Assembly: GCF_018350175.1 (NCBI RefSeq)
Contig: NC_058382.1
Location: 55,988,001 to 56,052,000, forward strand
Direction of reading: 5' to 3'
Length of the DNA: 64,000 bases
Source: Felis catus
Lineage: Eukaryota
The notes beneath the pieces are model-generated. The model did no database searches and was not told the DNA's origin. It saw only the letters and a program-made list of their open reading frames with translations. Within the stretch, counting starts at the first letter, position 1. Every line of letters begins with the position of its first letter. This document shows, one piece after another, positions 50,004-60,760 of this stretch. Both the position numbers and the translations under genes were made by a program.

Positions 50004-51176
50004 CTGTGTGAAGGAATGGGAGTTGAGCAATGGAGACTATTTCCATTTTATTGCCATTTTATTATCATAGCAGGTAGCATCCAGCCATTAATGTTCATTG
50101 TACTTTTTTGTCGTCAAAAATATGGTAGAGTACCAATCTCTGTTCTTGTTGCTCTAAAATTAAAATAGAAAACATTGTCCCCACAGGTGTGTCCGTCACA
50201 CTTCCAGCCTGGTGCTTAGGGCTGTTTGCAGCCCATTGGTATCTCCACTAGAGGAGGGAAGTTGTCCAGCAGCCCCTGGACCTCAGTCTCTTACCTCTTC
50301 TTGTTTCTTAGCCCCTAATCCAGCAGGCTGTGCTCAATTAAGACTGACTCTGATTCACTCTAACAAAGAAGAACAGAAGTAATTTGGTGCCAGCAGACTC
50401 CCTTTTACACCTTTAATATTTTGTATTTTGCCAACATTTCAAGGTAGTTTGAAGGTCCCCGCTTTCTCATGAGGGCTGGGCACGAATGTTCAAGAGCGAT
50501 CATTGTAATGACATCTCTCTGATTAAAAAGACAGCTAGTGAAATCGAGATGGAACATCAAATTCAGAAACATCATTAGCAGGATTCTATTTTGGTTGGGT
50601 GTAATCTTCTGTGGGGTCACCATGTTGCCTTTGACGAGTCTGACCATTTTATATCATTTAGATTGAAACAGACCCATCATGTCACAGGCAAATGGCTTTA
50701 TCATATTTAATTAACCCAACACCATGTAATAATCTCCCTGGTAATTATCCCTCACCAGTGCTTGAAAGCATGCTGCAACAAATAAATCATCAAAGTTGCA
50801 GGTATACTTAAACTGTTACTTGGTGCCATGGCAGAAGAATATTGACAAGTTACTGTGCAATACTAATTATACTAAGAAAATGTAAATGGCTTCATCAAAA
50901 AAAGAAAGAGCCAGATGGCAGGTTTTATATACTGTATCCTCATGTGTTAGGAAGTGGGGTATTAAAAAGGCATCATGCCCTCTGCATCAGGGAGGAAGGA
51001 AGAATAAAGGAAGGTACCTGTGTCTTTATGGACGCCAGGCTGAACCCTCCAATTGAGGAAGCTGTCTGCAAAATGGTAACATTCAAAAGGACACTAGTGG
51101 CCATTGGCATTTATATCTCACGATGCCACACAGGATATAGATGAGTGGCTATTACTCAGAAGGAACGCTACCTTTT

Positions 51177-51199
51177 GTGTGTGTGTGTGTGTGTGTGTG
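51177..51199. repeat. (TG)n microsatellite
   Basis: Seen directly. Confidence 0.9.
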
Positions 51200-51374
51200 C
51201 TAGTCGTTGCTGGGGGTGCAGTGCTGACTTGTTCCATGATGCCGTAGCTTTTCCTTCAAGTACGCAAAGAGTGAATTGTTCATGGAGAGACAATGTACCC
51301 ACCAGGTGGTGAATCAGTGGGCCTCCATTGAGCTGTTTTTTTTTTTCCTAATGCCTCAGCAAGAACATGCTTAC

Positions 51375-51383
51375 CTGAACACA
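51375..51383 (-). other. Candidate 9-nt microexon TGTGTTCAG
   Basis: Minus strand reads ..TTTTGCTTTTTAATTGCAG|TGTGTTCAG|GTAAGCATG..; splice-signal evidence only. Confidence 0.4.
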
Positions 51384-52099
51384 CTGCAATTAAAAAGCAA
51401 AATTCAATTGGAAACAATGAACTTAAGCCTACAGAATGCAACAACACACAGCAGAGAGGAAATTTGCTTTCCAGGGTAAGCTCCGTCAAGCCCACAAATA
51501 CCTGGTAAGAAAGACTGATTGGATTTTCAGTGAGCTTAGAGTTCTGAATTCTCTTCTTCTTGGTCTGCATACCTTACTGCCCAGCTGCTGACCCCAGCCA
51601 ATGCTTCCAGAGCTGAAGTGACAGCCAGAGTGTAACCATGGCTTGGGAAGTTACCATCTGAGTCAGTTCTCTGGTTAGGTTGGGCTGCTACCTGCCATAG
51701 ATCATGGCTGTGATTTAGTCTTATTAGAAAACAAATTTGGAAGCTGTTAAAAGAGAAGGGTGTTTGAATAGTAATGTTCCCCCTTGCTTTTCACTCCTTC
51801 TTTAATCCATGTATGTGTGTGTTTGTGTGCACACTTTGCTGTTGTTATTTAGCCAATCAATCAAAAACACTGTTTATTATAAAAGTAATTCTCCTTAATT
51901 AGAGACAATTTAGAACGTAAAAAAGGGAAAGAACATAAATCACTCGAGGATTGCAACCCAAATATGATCATTCTTAATGATTTACTATAGTTAGAGTTTT
52001 TTTCTTTCATGCATAACATTTTTGAGTTGGTTTAGTTTTATATAGTTGGGCTCCTTATAAATCATATATTCAGTATTCTGCTAAGAAGATGTAAGCTTA

Positions 52100-52321
52100 A
52101 GGGCACCTGGGCAGCTCAGTCGGTTGAGCGTCTGACTTCGGCTCGGGTCACGATTTCGCCATTTGTGAATTTGAGCCCCGCATCGGGCTCTGTGCTGACT
52201 GCTCAGAGCCTGGAGCCTGCTTCGGATTCTGTGTCTCCCTTTCTCTCTGCCCCTCCCCTGCTTGCGCTCTGTCTCTCTCTCTCTCAAAAATAAAGAAACA
52301 TTAAAAAAAATTAAAAAAAGA
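52100..52321 (+). mobile_element. Can-SINE
   Basis: TSD AAGAAGATGTAAGCTTA (52083-52099) / AAGAAGATGTAAGTTTA (52322-52338). Confidence 0.94.
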
Positions 52322-52525
52322 AAGAAGATGTAAGTTTAGTTTATTTACATTGGCAATAACTAAGCTTTGAGCACTATCACCGTTCCATAGACAGGTACCA
52401 TTTCACATTGTCTACACAATTTTCAATGGATGCATAATATTCCTCTGCTTAGATAGACTGTATTTTAGTTAAGCATTTCTTCATTGTGACACATTTGTTT
52501 CCAACATTTCCAGTGTGTTTTCTTT

Positions 52526-52950
52526 TTTAAAAAACTTAAAAAAAGGGGGCACCTGGGTGCCTCAGTCGGTTAAGCGTCCGACTTCGGCTCAGGTTATGAT
52601 CTCGCGGTCCGTGGGTTTGAGCCCCACGTCAGGCTCTGTGCTGACAGCTCAGAGCCTGGAGCCTGTTTCAGATTCCGTGTCTCCCTCTTTCTCTGACCCT
52701 CCCCTGTTCATGCTCTCTCTCTCTCTGTCTCAAAAATAAGTAAACGTTAAAAATTTTTTTTAAATAAAAAAATTAAATTTTAATTCCAGTATAATTAACA
52801 TAAAGTGTTATATTAGCTTCAGACCTACAATATAGTGTTTCGACAATTCTATACATATCACCTCACTCCTGTCAGAATGGCTGAAATCAAAAACACAAGA
52901 AGCAACAGGGTTGGCAAGGTTGTGGTGAAAAAGGAACCCTCAGGCACTAT
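52526..52950. mobile_element. Short 5'-inverted carnivore L1 (3' end on -, ORF2 piece on +) with a SINE in its tail
   Basis: AATTCCAGTATAATTAACATAAAGTGTTATATTAG (L1 3' end, -) joined at about 52855 to TATCACCTCACTCCTGTCAGAATGGCT..AAAAAGGAACCCTC (ORF2, +); TSD CAGTGTGTTTTCTTT (52511-52525) / CAGTGTTTTTTCTTT (52951-52965). Confidence 0.8.
52545..52765 (+). mobile_element. Felid Can-SINE nested in an L1 tail
   Basis: Full head, CT tract, AATAAGTAAACGTTAAAAA tail. Confidence 0.94.
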
Positions 52951-53849
52951 CAGTGTTTTTTCTTTGCATGTTAAAAAAAATTAAGTTGTGATTTTAAATG
53001 AAAATTTCTTTTATTTTGCTTCATAAACCTTTTCACATTTTTATAGTTTTTTTTACAAACAATTTTTTATAACCGCTTTTCAGTCAAAATTCAGTCTCAT
53101 AATATTTATTATTTTGTGCTTAACTATTGAGATCAAGGTGCTTTCCAGTTTTTTACAATGGTAAATAATACCTCATCAATTAAAATGTATTATGTATCAG
53201 TCATATACAAAGCAAGAAGCCAAACTGGCTGTCCTTGAACACAAAGCTTTCCAAGTTTGGGATTCTTTACTTAGAAAAAATGTCTAAAATTGGTGCCGTT
53301 GAACCCATTGGGATGAATGGGTCACTTAAGCGTCTGGGTAGAGGTTTCCCGATGGCTTCTTTGAGGGGCTGTTACTAATCTAGTCTGCCACCAGCATTTT
53401 ATGAGTGCTCATTTCACCTCTCTTGGGCAGTCAACTACTATTTTCCTGCATGAGAAGCTGGAGGCAGTGGGGCAAGGGCCTTGACTGGATCATGAACAAA
53501 GGGGCTGTATCCCTTCTGGGGATCTTGGTCGCTTGCTGCCTTCCATTGAGCCCTGCCTGGCTGTCTAGCTTTGGGGGGAGTTAGAAAAAAGGAATGCCGG
53601 GTTTCTAGATCCCAGAGCTAGTTAAGGGGTCCTCCTGAAGGCCCATTCCCTCTGTAGTGGAGAAGGGTGAAGGGGGTCCTGTTCCAGGAAAGGACAGCCA
53701 AGGAGCCTAAACTCTGATTCCAAAGGTCTGTGCAAGCTTAGGTATGGCTCGGGACAATCACACAGCCCTACTCAGTGGAAAACCTCAGTCGTCAACAATT
53801 ACAAGTGAAGCTGTGACCTGGAGGCCAGTTCACATGTTCTCTTTAATAA

Positions 53850-54075
53850 CAATAACAATGGCAGCAGCATTTATGGAAGATACATCATGAGCCCCTTAGA
53901 TGATTTATCTTTTCATTCTCCCAACAAACAGCTCTATTGGGAGGGACTTCTTGGGGCCGTTTTATAGATGAAGAAATGCAGGCTCAGATTGTTTAAGTAA
54001 CTGTCCCAAGTCACATAGCTTGTATCAGAGTCAGATTCTGAACTCAGAGCTTTCGAATGCAAGCTCTTAAGCACT
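53850..54075 (-). mobile_element. MIR SINE
   Basis: TTTTATAGATGAAGAAATGCAGGCTCAGA..TTAAGTAACTGTCCCAAGTCACATAGCT. Confidence 0.8.
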
Positions 54076-54490
54076 GTCTGCAGTTTGGTTCCCTAGAAGC
54101 AGTCTGGGGTGAGGAGTTACGTGAGTGTGATGTATTAGAAAGGTTCTCAGGCAACACTATAGGGAAGTGGGGAAATAAGACTGGGGAGGGAGGAGGGTGA
54201 TCAAGGATGTGGTGTTGAGCAAAGTGCCAGGGAGATCACCGTGGCCTCATTCCCAGGGAAACTGGAGATAGCATGGGTCACACTTAAGTGCTGGTGAGAG
54301 ATCTTGAGGATTTATACCTCTGAACCCATGAGTCCTTGGTTAAGGGCTACCAAGGTGGAGTGAGCAAGAATATCAATGCCCAGCTACTTCCTGTCCTCCC
54401 TGGGTCCAGGCAAAGCAGATCCTGGCAGCCAGGATGCAGCCTTTCTAAGAGACAAAGATGCCTGGAGTGGACAGGCACTGCTTGCGATGG
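54076..54490 (-). mobile_element. ERVL solo LTR (LTR16-like)
   Basis: TGTC..AGTTTGGTTCCCTAGAAGCAG..GGATTTATACC..CTTGGTTAAGGGCTAC. Confidence 0.55.
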
Positions 54491-54529
54491 CTCATGGGGT
54501 TTGGGTGTTAAGTTTGTAGCCCTTGTGGT

Positions 54530-54665
54530 AGCTAGTTAACGTCACATTGATAGGCTGAACTCAGCCACGGTGGGAGTAGTTACACTCTGGAAATTGGCTA
54601 ACATTATAAAGTAGGGCTCTCTCATCTCCATGGTGGTTGTTAAACATTTACTAGCATAGTAGCAA
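54530..54665 (+). mobile_element. MER63A-like fragment
   Basis: CAGCCACGGTGGGAGTAGTTACACTCTGGAAATTGGC..GGTTGTTAAACATTTACTAGCA. Confidence 0.65.
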
Positions 54666-55147
54666 GTGTTGGCCATCAGGGTTGAAAGCTCACTGGGAGT
54701 GGGTGTGCAGGAAAATGGCAGAGGGGTCGCAGAATGTAGATGGAACAGTGACTGTACCTGCTGTAGTGCTCACCTGTATGCACTACAAATGCCCGCTCCG
54801 GCCCACCTGTGTGCAGGCTGCGTGGGGTGGGAGTGGGGCCATTCCTGAGAGAGAGGAAACTGAGGAGAAGGAGGGCAACCAGTTGGGTCTCAGGGCAGAG
54901 TCTCTGAAGCTGGAGGTAGCCTGCGTAGAAGAAGTGCTAAACAGGTAAAACCTGGGAAGACCTGAGGTAATACCTGATTAAATAGTGTGCACTAACAGTG
55001 CCAAGCACTGAACCGGATACTTCACTTTGGCTACCCTTCCCCGCAGCCCTGAGGGGTAGGTGATGTCATCTCCATTATCTCTGTAATCACCATCATCACC
55101 TTTGCCCACCTTTTTTTTTTTTTTTTTTTTTTCAAGGTGATGAAACA

Positions 55148-55357
55148 GGGGCACCTGGGTGGCTCAGTCGGTTAAATGTCCGACTCCTGATTTTGGCTCA
55201 GGTCACAATATCATAGTTTGTGAGATCAAGCCCTGTGTCAGGCTCTGTGCTAACAGTGTGGAACCTGCTTGGGACCCTCTTTCCCATGCTCTCTGCCCCT
55301 AGTTTGTTCTCTCCCTTTCTGTCAAAAAAATAAGTAAACATTGAAAAAGAAAACAAC
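55148..55357 (+). mobile_element. Can-SINE inserted in a MIR
   Basis: TSD AGGTGATGAAACAG / AGATGATGAAACAG; T22 run just upstream (55111-55132). Confidence 0.92.
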
Positions 55358-56429
55358 AGATGATGAAACAGAAGTGTAGAGCAGTAACTTGTCCAACACC
55401 TTAGGGGAGGAGCTGAGCATTGAATACACAAAGACAGATTCCACAGGCAAAGCCTTTAATAATGAAGCCAGAACACTTCCCTGGTTTACTTCCTATGGGC
55501 TAAACCAACATAATGGGGGTTAAAATGGTAAGGCGGTCATCAGGATGCCCAGGAATGCCCTAATCTTATATGGTCTGGTTGTCAGAAAAGGAAGTGTAGA
55601 GCGTGCACAGAAGCCCAGCATTCGCAGTTGGGTCTCTCGGTGTGGAAAGGTTGACACCCAAGTCCCATCGGGTGATGGAATCTGAATTTATGCTCTTATT
55701 CTCACAGACTCAGCTCAGTGCTGGGGCCCCAGACGGAGGATGCGGAGGTTGGAAAGGCAGAGAAAGCCTGGAGGTGGGCTGAGCCAACAGAAACATTTAC
55801 GGTCAGGCTGTCTGAATTCTCCTGTGGCAGCAGAGAGAAATGTCCCTCTCACTCTTTGTGGTTTCCTTTGGCTTTAGAGCTGCTGCTTTGTGAGAGTTCT
55901 TCTTTCCTTTCTCTGGTTTGCCCATCCCTGGATTGATGTAGTGGTTAACAGCGAGGATGTGTGGAAGGGTCTGGAAGGCTGCCAGTCTGGCTTTATTCTT
56001 GCCATGCTCTGCCTTTCTAGGGCCCCAGGGATCCCTTGACATAAATGGTCCTGCAGGGGGAAGTCATAGATGGGCTTGTCTCTATGACATAGTGGAGCTC
56101 TCTCTGTAAATTTCCTTTGAACATCAGCACATTACAGCTTTGTGTTTGGGGGTACTTTTATCTTGTGTCTTATCCCATAAAAGTCTAGAGCTGCCTTCAC
56201 CAATATACACTGCAGGTTGTGTTTTCTTCTATGTGTGTATATTTATATGCCTGTTCGTTTACCATTATGAAGTAACTTTGTTGAAGGCAATCAAAAGTAA
56301 GATCTTTCCTATGTTGCCACTATTACTTTTTTTTCCTTTTTAAAACTTTATATATTATTTTTTTTATACCTAACTAGTCACTTGATGGAGTTTCCTTTTT
56401 TTAAAAAAAAAAATCCACGTTCCTTCTTC

Positions 56430-56650
56430 TCGGTCAAGAATGTAGGCTCTGGGGCCATGCTGCTTGGGTTTGAGACCCAGATTTTCCATTTACAGCTATA
56501 TGACTTTAGTTCTGTTCATTCATTTTGATATGCCTTGGTTTGGCCATTTGTAAACTGAGGATACTTACAGTACTTTTCTCATAGGTTATTGTGGGAAATG
56601 AGCAGGTCTCCGTGCACAGAGCCCTTGCACAGTGTGAGCACTACATGCTA
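56430..56650 (+). mobile_element. MIR SINE
   Basis: GGTCAAGAATGTAGGCTCTGGGGCCA..TGGGTTTGAGACCCAG..CAGCTATATGACTTT..GTACTTTTCTCATAGGTTATTGTG. Confidence 0.75.
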
Positions 56651-57249
56651 TCCATTCCCTGTTTTATTGAAGAGGTTTTAACCTTGATCTTCAGAAAACG
56701 AATTCTCTTGTTTCGTTCACCAAATGTTTATTGAGCATTTACCACACGCTCAGCTCTGTGCTATACCTTTCCACATGGATTTTATCTGATATAACTTAAT
56801 TCTCAACACCACCCTGTGTTAAAGTTATCACTGTTCTCATCTTCTGGGGTTGGGCCCTGGAAATGCCATGTACCAAGTCGTATCAGCCAGGAGAGATGAA
56901 GCTCGCCAAATCACAAACAAGCACATATCCCAGGGTCCGTACACGACACAGGGTTCATTGTCCCTCATGAAAACCAAGTCAGGCAATGCTTCTCCATGAG
57001 GTGGCTGAGGAAGTGAGTCTGCCTGGTCTTTTGGCCCCTCCTTTACCAAATGTGCTCCTGGGATTGTGGCTGGGGAAAGGGGATCGGAGAGTCTGGGCAA
57101 TGAAATGTTTCCACTTAGAAATGAACCAGGTCACTTCTGCCTGTATCCCTTGAGCAAGAACGAGTCAGAAGCCCTGCCTCAGGGTCCTAGGAATCATAAT
57201 CCTCCCATGAGCCTAAAAGGAGAGCAGGCCAGGGCGTGGTGAGTAGTAG

Positions 57250-57970
57250 GAGTCTCCACCGCCCACTTATGACTTTGAGTACGTTGCTTAACCTTCCTAA
57301 ACCTCAATTTCCTTATTGGTAAAATGGTGACAGTTGCACCTACTGCAGAAAGATGTGGTAAATAGTGAATGAGACATACTCATGTGCGACTCTTAGGTTG
57401 GCACCTGGCACACAGGAAATGGCCGTTTCGTGGTCACGACCAGCATTACCTGTATCTACAAGAGAATCGGCAAAGCATCATAGTTCGGCAGTTGTGGTAG
57501 CCACAGCTTTGGACTCCACCCCGTGTGAGTTGGTTTTCTAGTTCTGTCGTCTACCAGCTCTATGAGCCTGGGGAAGGATTTTTGCTTTCTCTGAACTTCA
57601 CTTTCTCATCTATAAAAGGGGAGTGGAACCACATCCACCCATAGGCTATATCAAAGGTTAGAATGATAACATTTGTTGATTCCATGGTAAGATAAATATC
57701 TAAAATCTGTTGATTTATTTAATCTTTAAGGCAATGTTATGAGATAGTACTCTATTAACCCCATCTCACAGCTGGATAAACTGAGCCACAGAATGGTTAA
57801 GTAAGATGTTTGTGGCTCTCTGGTAAGTAAATAGAGGAGCAAGGATGAAAACTCAAGCAGTTTGGCCCCTCAGCCAATGACCTGAACTCCTACGCTTCAC
57901 AGCTTCCCCGAGACCCCCTGCAGAAAGCTCCCAGCATAGGGCCAGACATAGTCGACCCTTATAATATTAG
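57250..57970. mobile_element. Cluster of MIR fragments in both orientations
   Basis: CCTCAATTTCCTTATTGGTAAAATGG (+), CTTCACTTTCTCATCTATAAAAGGGG (+), CCCATCTCACAGCTGGATAAACTGAG (-). Confidence 0.7.
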
Positions 57971-58949
57971 TACCTTTGTTCTTTGCTTGGGTGCATGTTG
58001 GGACAAATAACCCTTAAGTCTCTTCCTAGAGTCTTTCTGGGACACATACTGATGGATTTTTTTCCATGAGTGGATGGAGGTGTGAAGGGGACAACAGCAA
58101 ATGGCACTATTTATGCTACGTGTGTTTGCAAAAATACTGAAATCTGCATGCTGAAATGCCCAAATGCACAGAGTTGGTGCTCAATTGGCCAGAGCCCTTT
58201 ATTATTTTTAACAAGCAGCCATGCTTAGTTGGAGTCTCTAAATCTGTAGACATGACTTAGTAAATGGGGACACACAAAGGGCCCAGCTGGACATAGTGGC
58301 AAATTTAATAATACGCAAACAACTTGCAAATACGAAGCTCCTTTTCAAATAAGAATCTATTTGATTTAGAGAACGTAGGCTTTAACTGAATGAGAAGGTT
58401 AAATCCATGTTCTGTCTGTGTTCTGTTTTCATTGTACTTAGGGGGGTTGACTATGGAGTTGATTTTCTTTCCAAGCCAAACATCTGGTACTTAATGATAT
58501 AATCAAACACCAGAGGGGAACTGCCTTGGGAAAGCAGAGCTGGTTTGACGTGACCTTGTTCCTCCCGTCCTCTGACAGAGAAGAGGTTGCAGGTTCCACA
58601 TCTAGCTGCAGTAAAGACAGAGACCTAAGTGTCCTGGCACTTTGCACAGAACCAAGGCTGTCATATGCCAGACACTGTGCTTTTCAGAGACATCCAGTTT
58701 ACCTTTCCCAGGAAACTGATGATGCCAAAGATTCTTATACCCACTTTACAGATGAGGAAACTGAGGATCAAGGAGGTCAGGTCAGATAGGTCGATCAAAA
58801 GGATGCAAAGTGAAGATGGGAAGATGGCTCCAGGGCTTTAATGTTATATTTCTTCACATTATTCTTTGTGAATGGCACCTCCTATAGTGTATAATTTGGG
58901 CAGGGGCGCTTGTGTGGGCATGAGCTGAAACCCTAGTCCATAATAAACC

Positions 58950-59494
58950 TGCATAGTTATCTACTGCTGCATAACAAAATCACATTTATTAGTGCACAGT
59001 TTCTGTGGGTCAGGAATATGGGTGCTGCTTAGCAGGTCCCCTGGCTCCAATCAAGGCTTCAGTGAAGGTGTGGACTGGGGCTGAAGTCCTCTCAAGCCTC
59101 GACTGGGGACGAGTTCACTTCCAAACTCACGCATGGGGTTATTGGCAGTATTCCATCCTTGTAGACTATTGGACTGAGGGCCTTAGTCCACGCTGGCTGT
59201 TGGCCAGAGAAGGCCCAGTTCTTTGCCATATGGACTTCTCCATGGGGCAGCTGACAACATGGCAATAATTTCTTCCGAGCAAACAAGTGAGAAGAATCAG
59301 AGAGCCAAAATGCCCACAAAACAGAAGTCCTAGCCTTTGGTAACTTCATCATGAAGGAGACATCCTGCCACTTTTGCCATATTATTCAATAGAAACAAGT
59401 CACTGGGTTCTCCCCACAGTCAAGAGGGGAAGTTACCCAAGGGCATGCAGGCAGGAAGGCGAAGACGCTCGGGAGCCACACACCACCTACCACA
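58950..59494 (-). mobile_element. ERVL-MaLR solo LTR (MLT1F-like)
   Basis: TAGTTATCTACTGCTGCATAACAAA..CACAGTTTCTGTGGGTCAGGAAT..CACTTCCAAACTCAC..GGACTGAGGGCCT..CCTACCACA. Confidence 0.8.
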
Positions 59495-59917
59495 AGAGCC
59501 ATGATTAATTTAATGCAAAGTAATGCTTCAAATTACTTACACTGAACAGAATTGTCTCCCCAGAATATCTTGCTTGTCTTGAGGAGTGATGCATCCCCTT
59601 GCATCTGTCTACATACCCTTGATAGGATATGGGCATCTCAGTGTGGAACACCCAGGATAGCAATCCGGTTGTGCTGGTCTACGAATACTAAGACTCTTTC
59701 AATAACTTTGTATCTACCTGTTGGATCCATGATGCGAAAGCCAGCCTCACTGTTAAGTTTTGGGTGGTGAGTTCCTATGTTGCTGCTTTGTCTTTTCTAC
59801 GCAAATAAGTATCAACCTTTGAAGTAGTCTCCTTGGAATGGAAGGTGTCTTATGCTCATTCATGATGCAAACTTTGCCTAAGACCTTGTTGCAACTTCTC
59901 TTTGGGAATGGCCTTTG

Positions 59918-59920
<3 letters not shown>

Positions 59921-59972
<52 letters not shown>

Positions 59973-59990
59973 TCCCATACACACACACAC
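59921..59990. repeat. (CT)n-(CA)n compound microsatellite
   Basis: About 24 CT units followed by a short CA run. Confidence 0.95.
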
Positions 59991-60544
59991 AATCTGCCTT
60001 CTTTCTTTAAGATGTGATTCCTAGGACGTATTTATTAGCTATGATGGGCAGGGAAACATCCCCTTCCTTATTTATTATTTCATGCATTTCGTTTTGAGAA
60101 CTAGTAGATTTTAACTCAGGCCTATTCAGAGCCCTCGTTATTTACAACAGCTTTATGCTTTATGCACACAAGGTAATAGGAACGTATATTCAATCATTTC
60201 CAAACATGGGACATGGCAAAGACTACCACCACCATTCCTTACTCCAGTAGTGGATTTTAAATGCTTTGTCTGAGTCTCAGGAACTGAAGTATCCTTGGTC
60301 TTCAATTCTGTAATAGTTTTAAATACAAGTGCAAGTCTGAGAAAGGAGAATAATCAGGAATCAGCTGTGATGACTGCTGGGCACATTAAATAGATCTCAG
60401 ATAGGAAGATTGAGATCCCAGTGCACAAAGAAAGGTGCAGAACTTTGTAGCAGAGATGAAAAGGAACCTCGAAGTGTGAAAGACAGGGAAGGCTGAGAAT
60501 TGAAGACTGAGGCTTGACTAATCAGCTTATTAGGGATTATTTTT

Positions 60545-60760
60545 TAATGTAATAAACATGTAAAAAGGACTTCCTGTGTGCTGGATTCCATTCTAAGCAC
60601 TTGACCAATGTAATCTCTAGGAGGAAGGTATGATTTTCTTCCTTTTACAAAATGAGGAAACTGAGACACAGAGAAGTTGAGGACTTGCCCAAGGTCACAC
60701 AGTAGGTAGGCAGGAATTCGGCTTCAGAACCTACAGTCTCCACCACTGCACTGTGCTGCT
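60545..60760 (-). mobile_element. MIR SINE
   Basis: TTTTACAAAATGAGGAAACTGAGACACAGAGAAGTTGAGGACTTGCCCAAGGTCACACAG. Confidence 0.85.
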
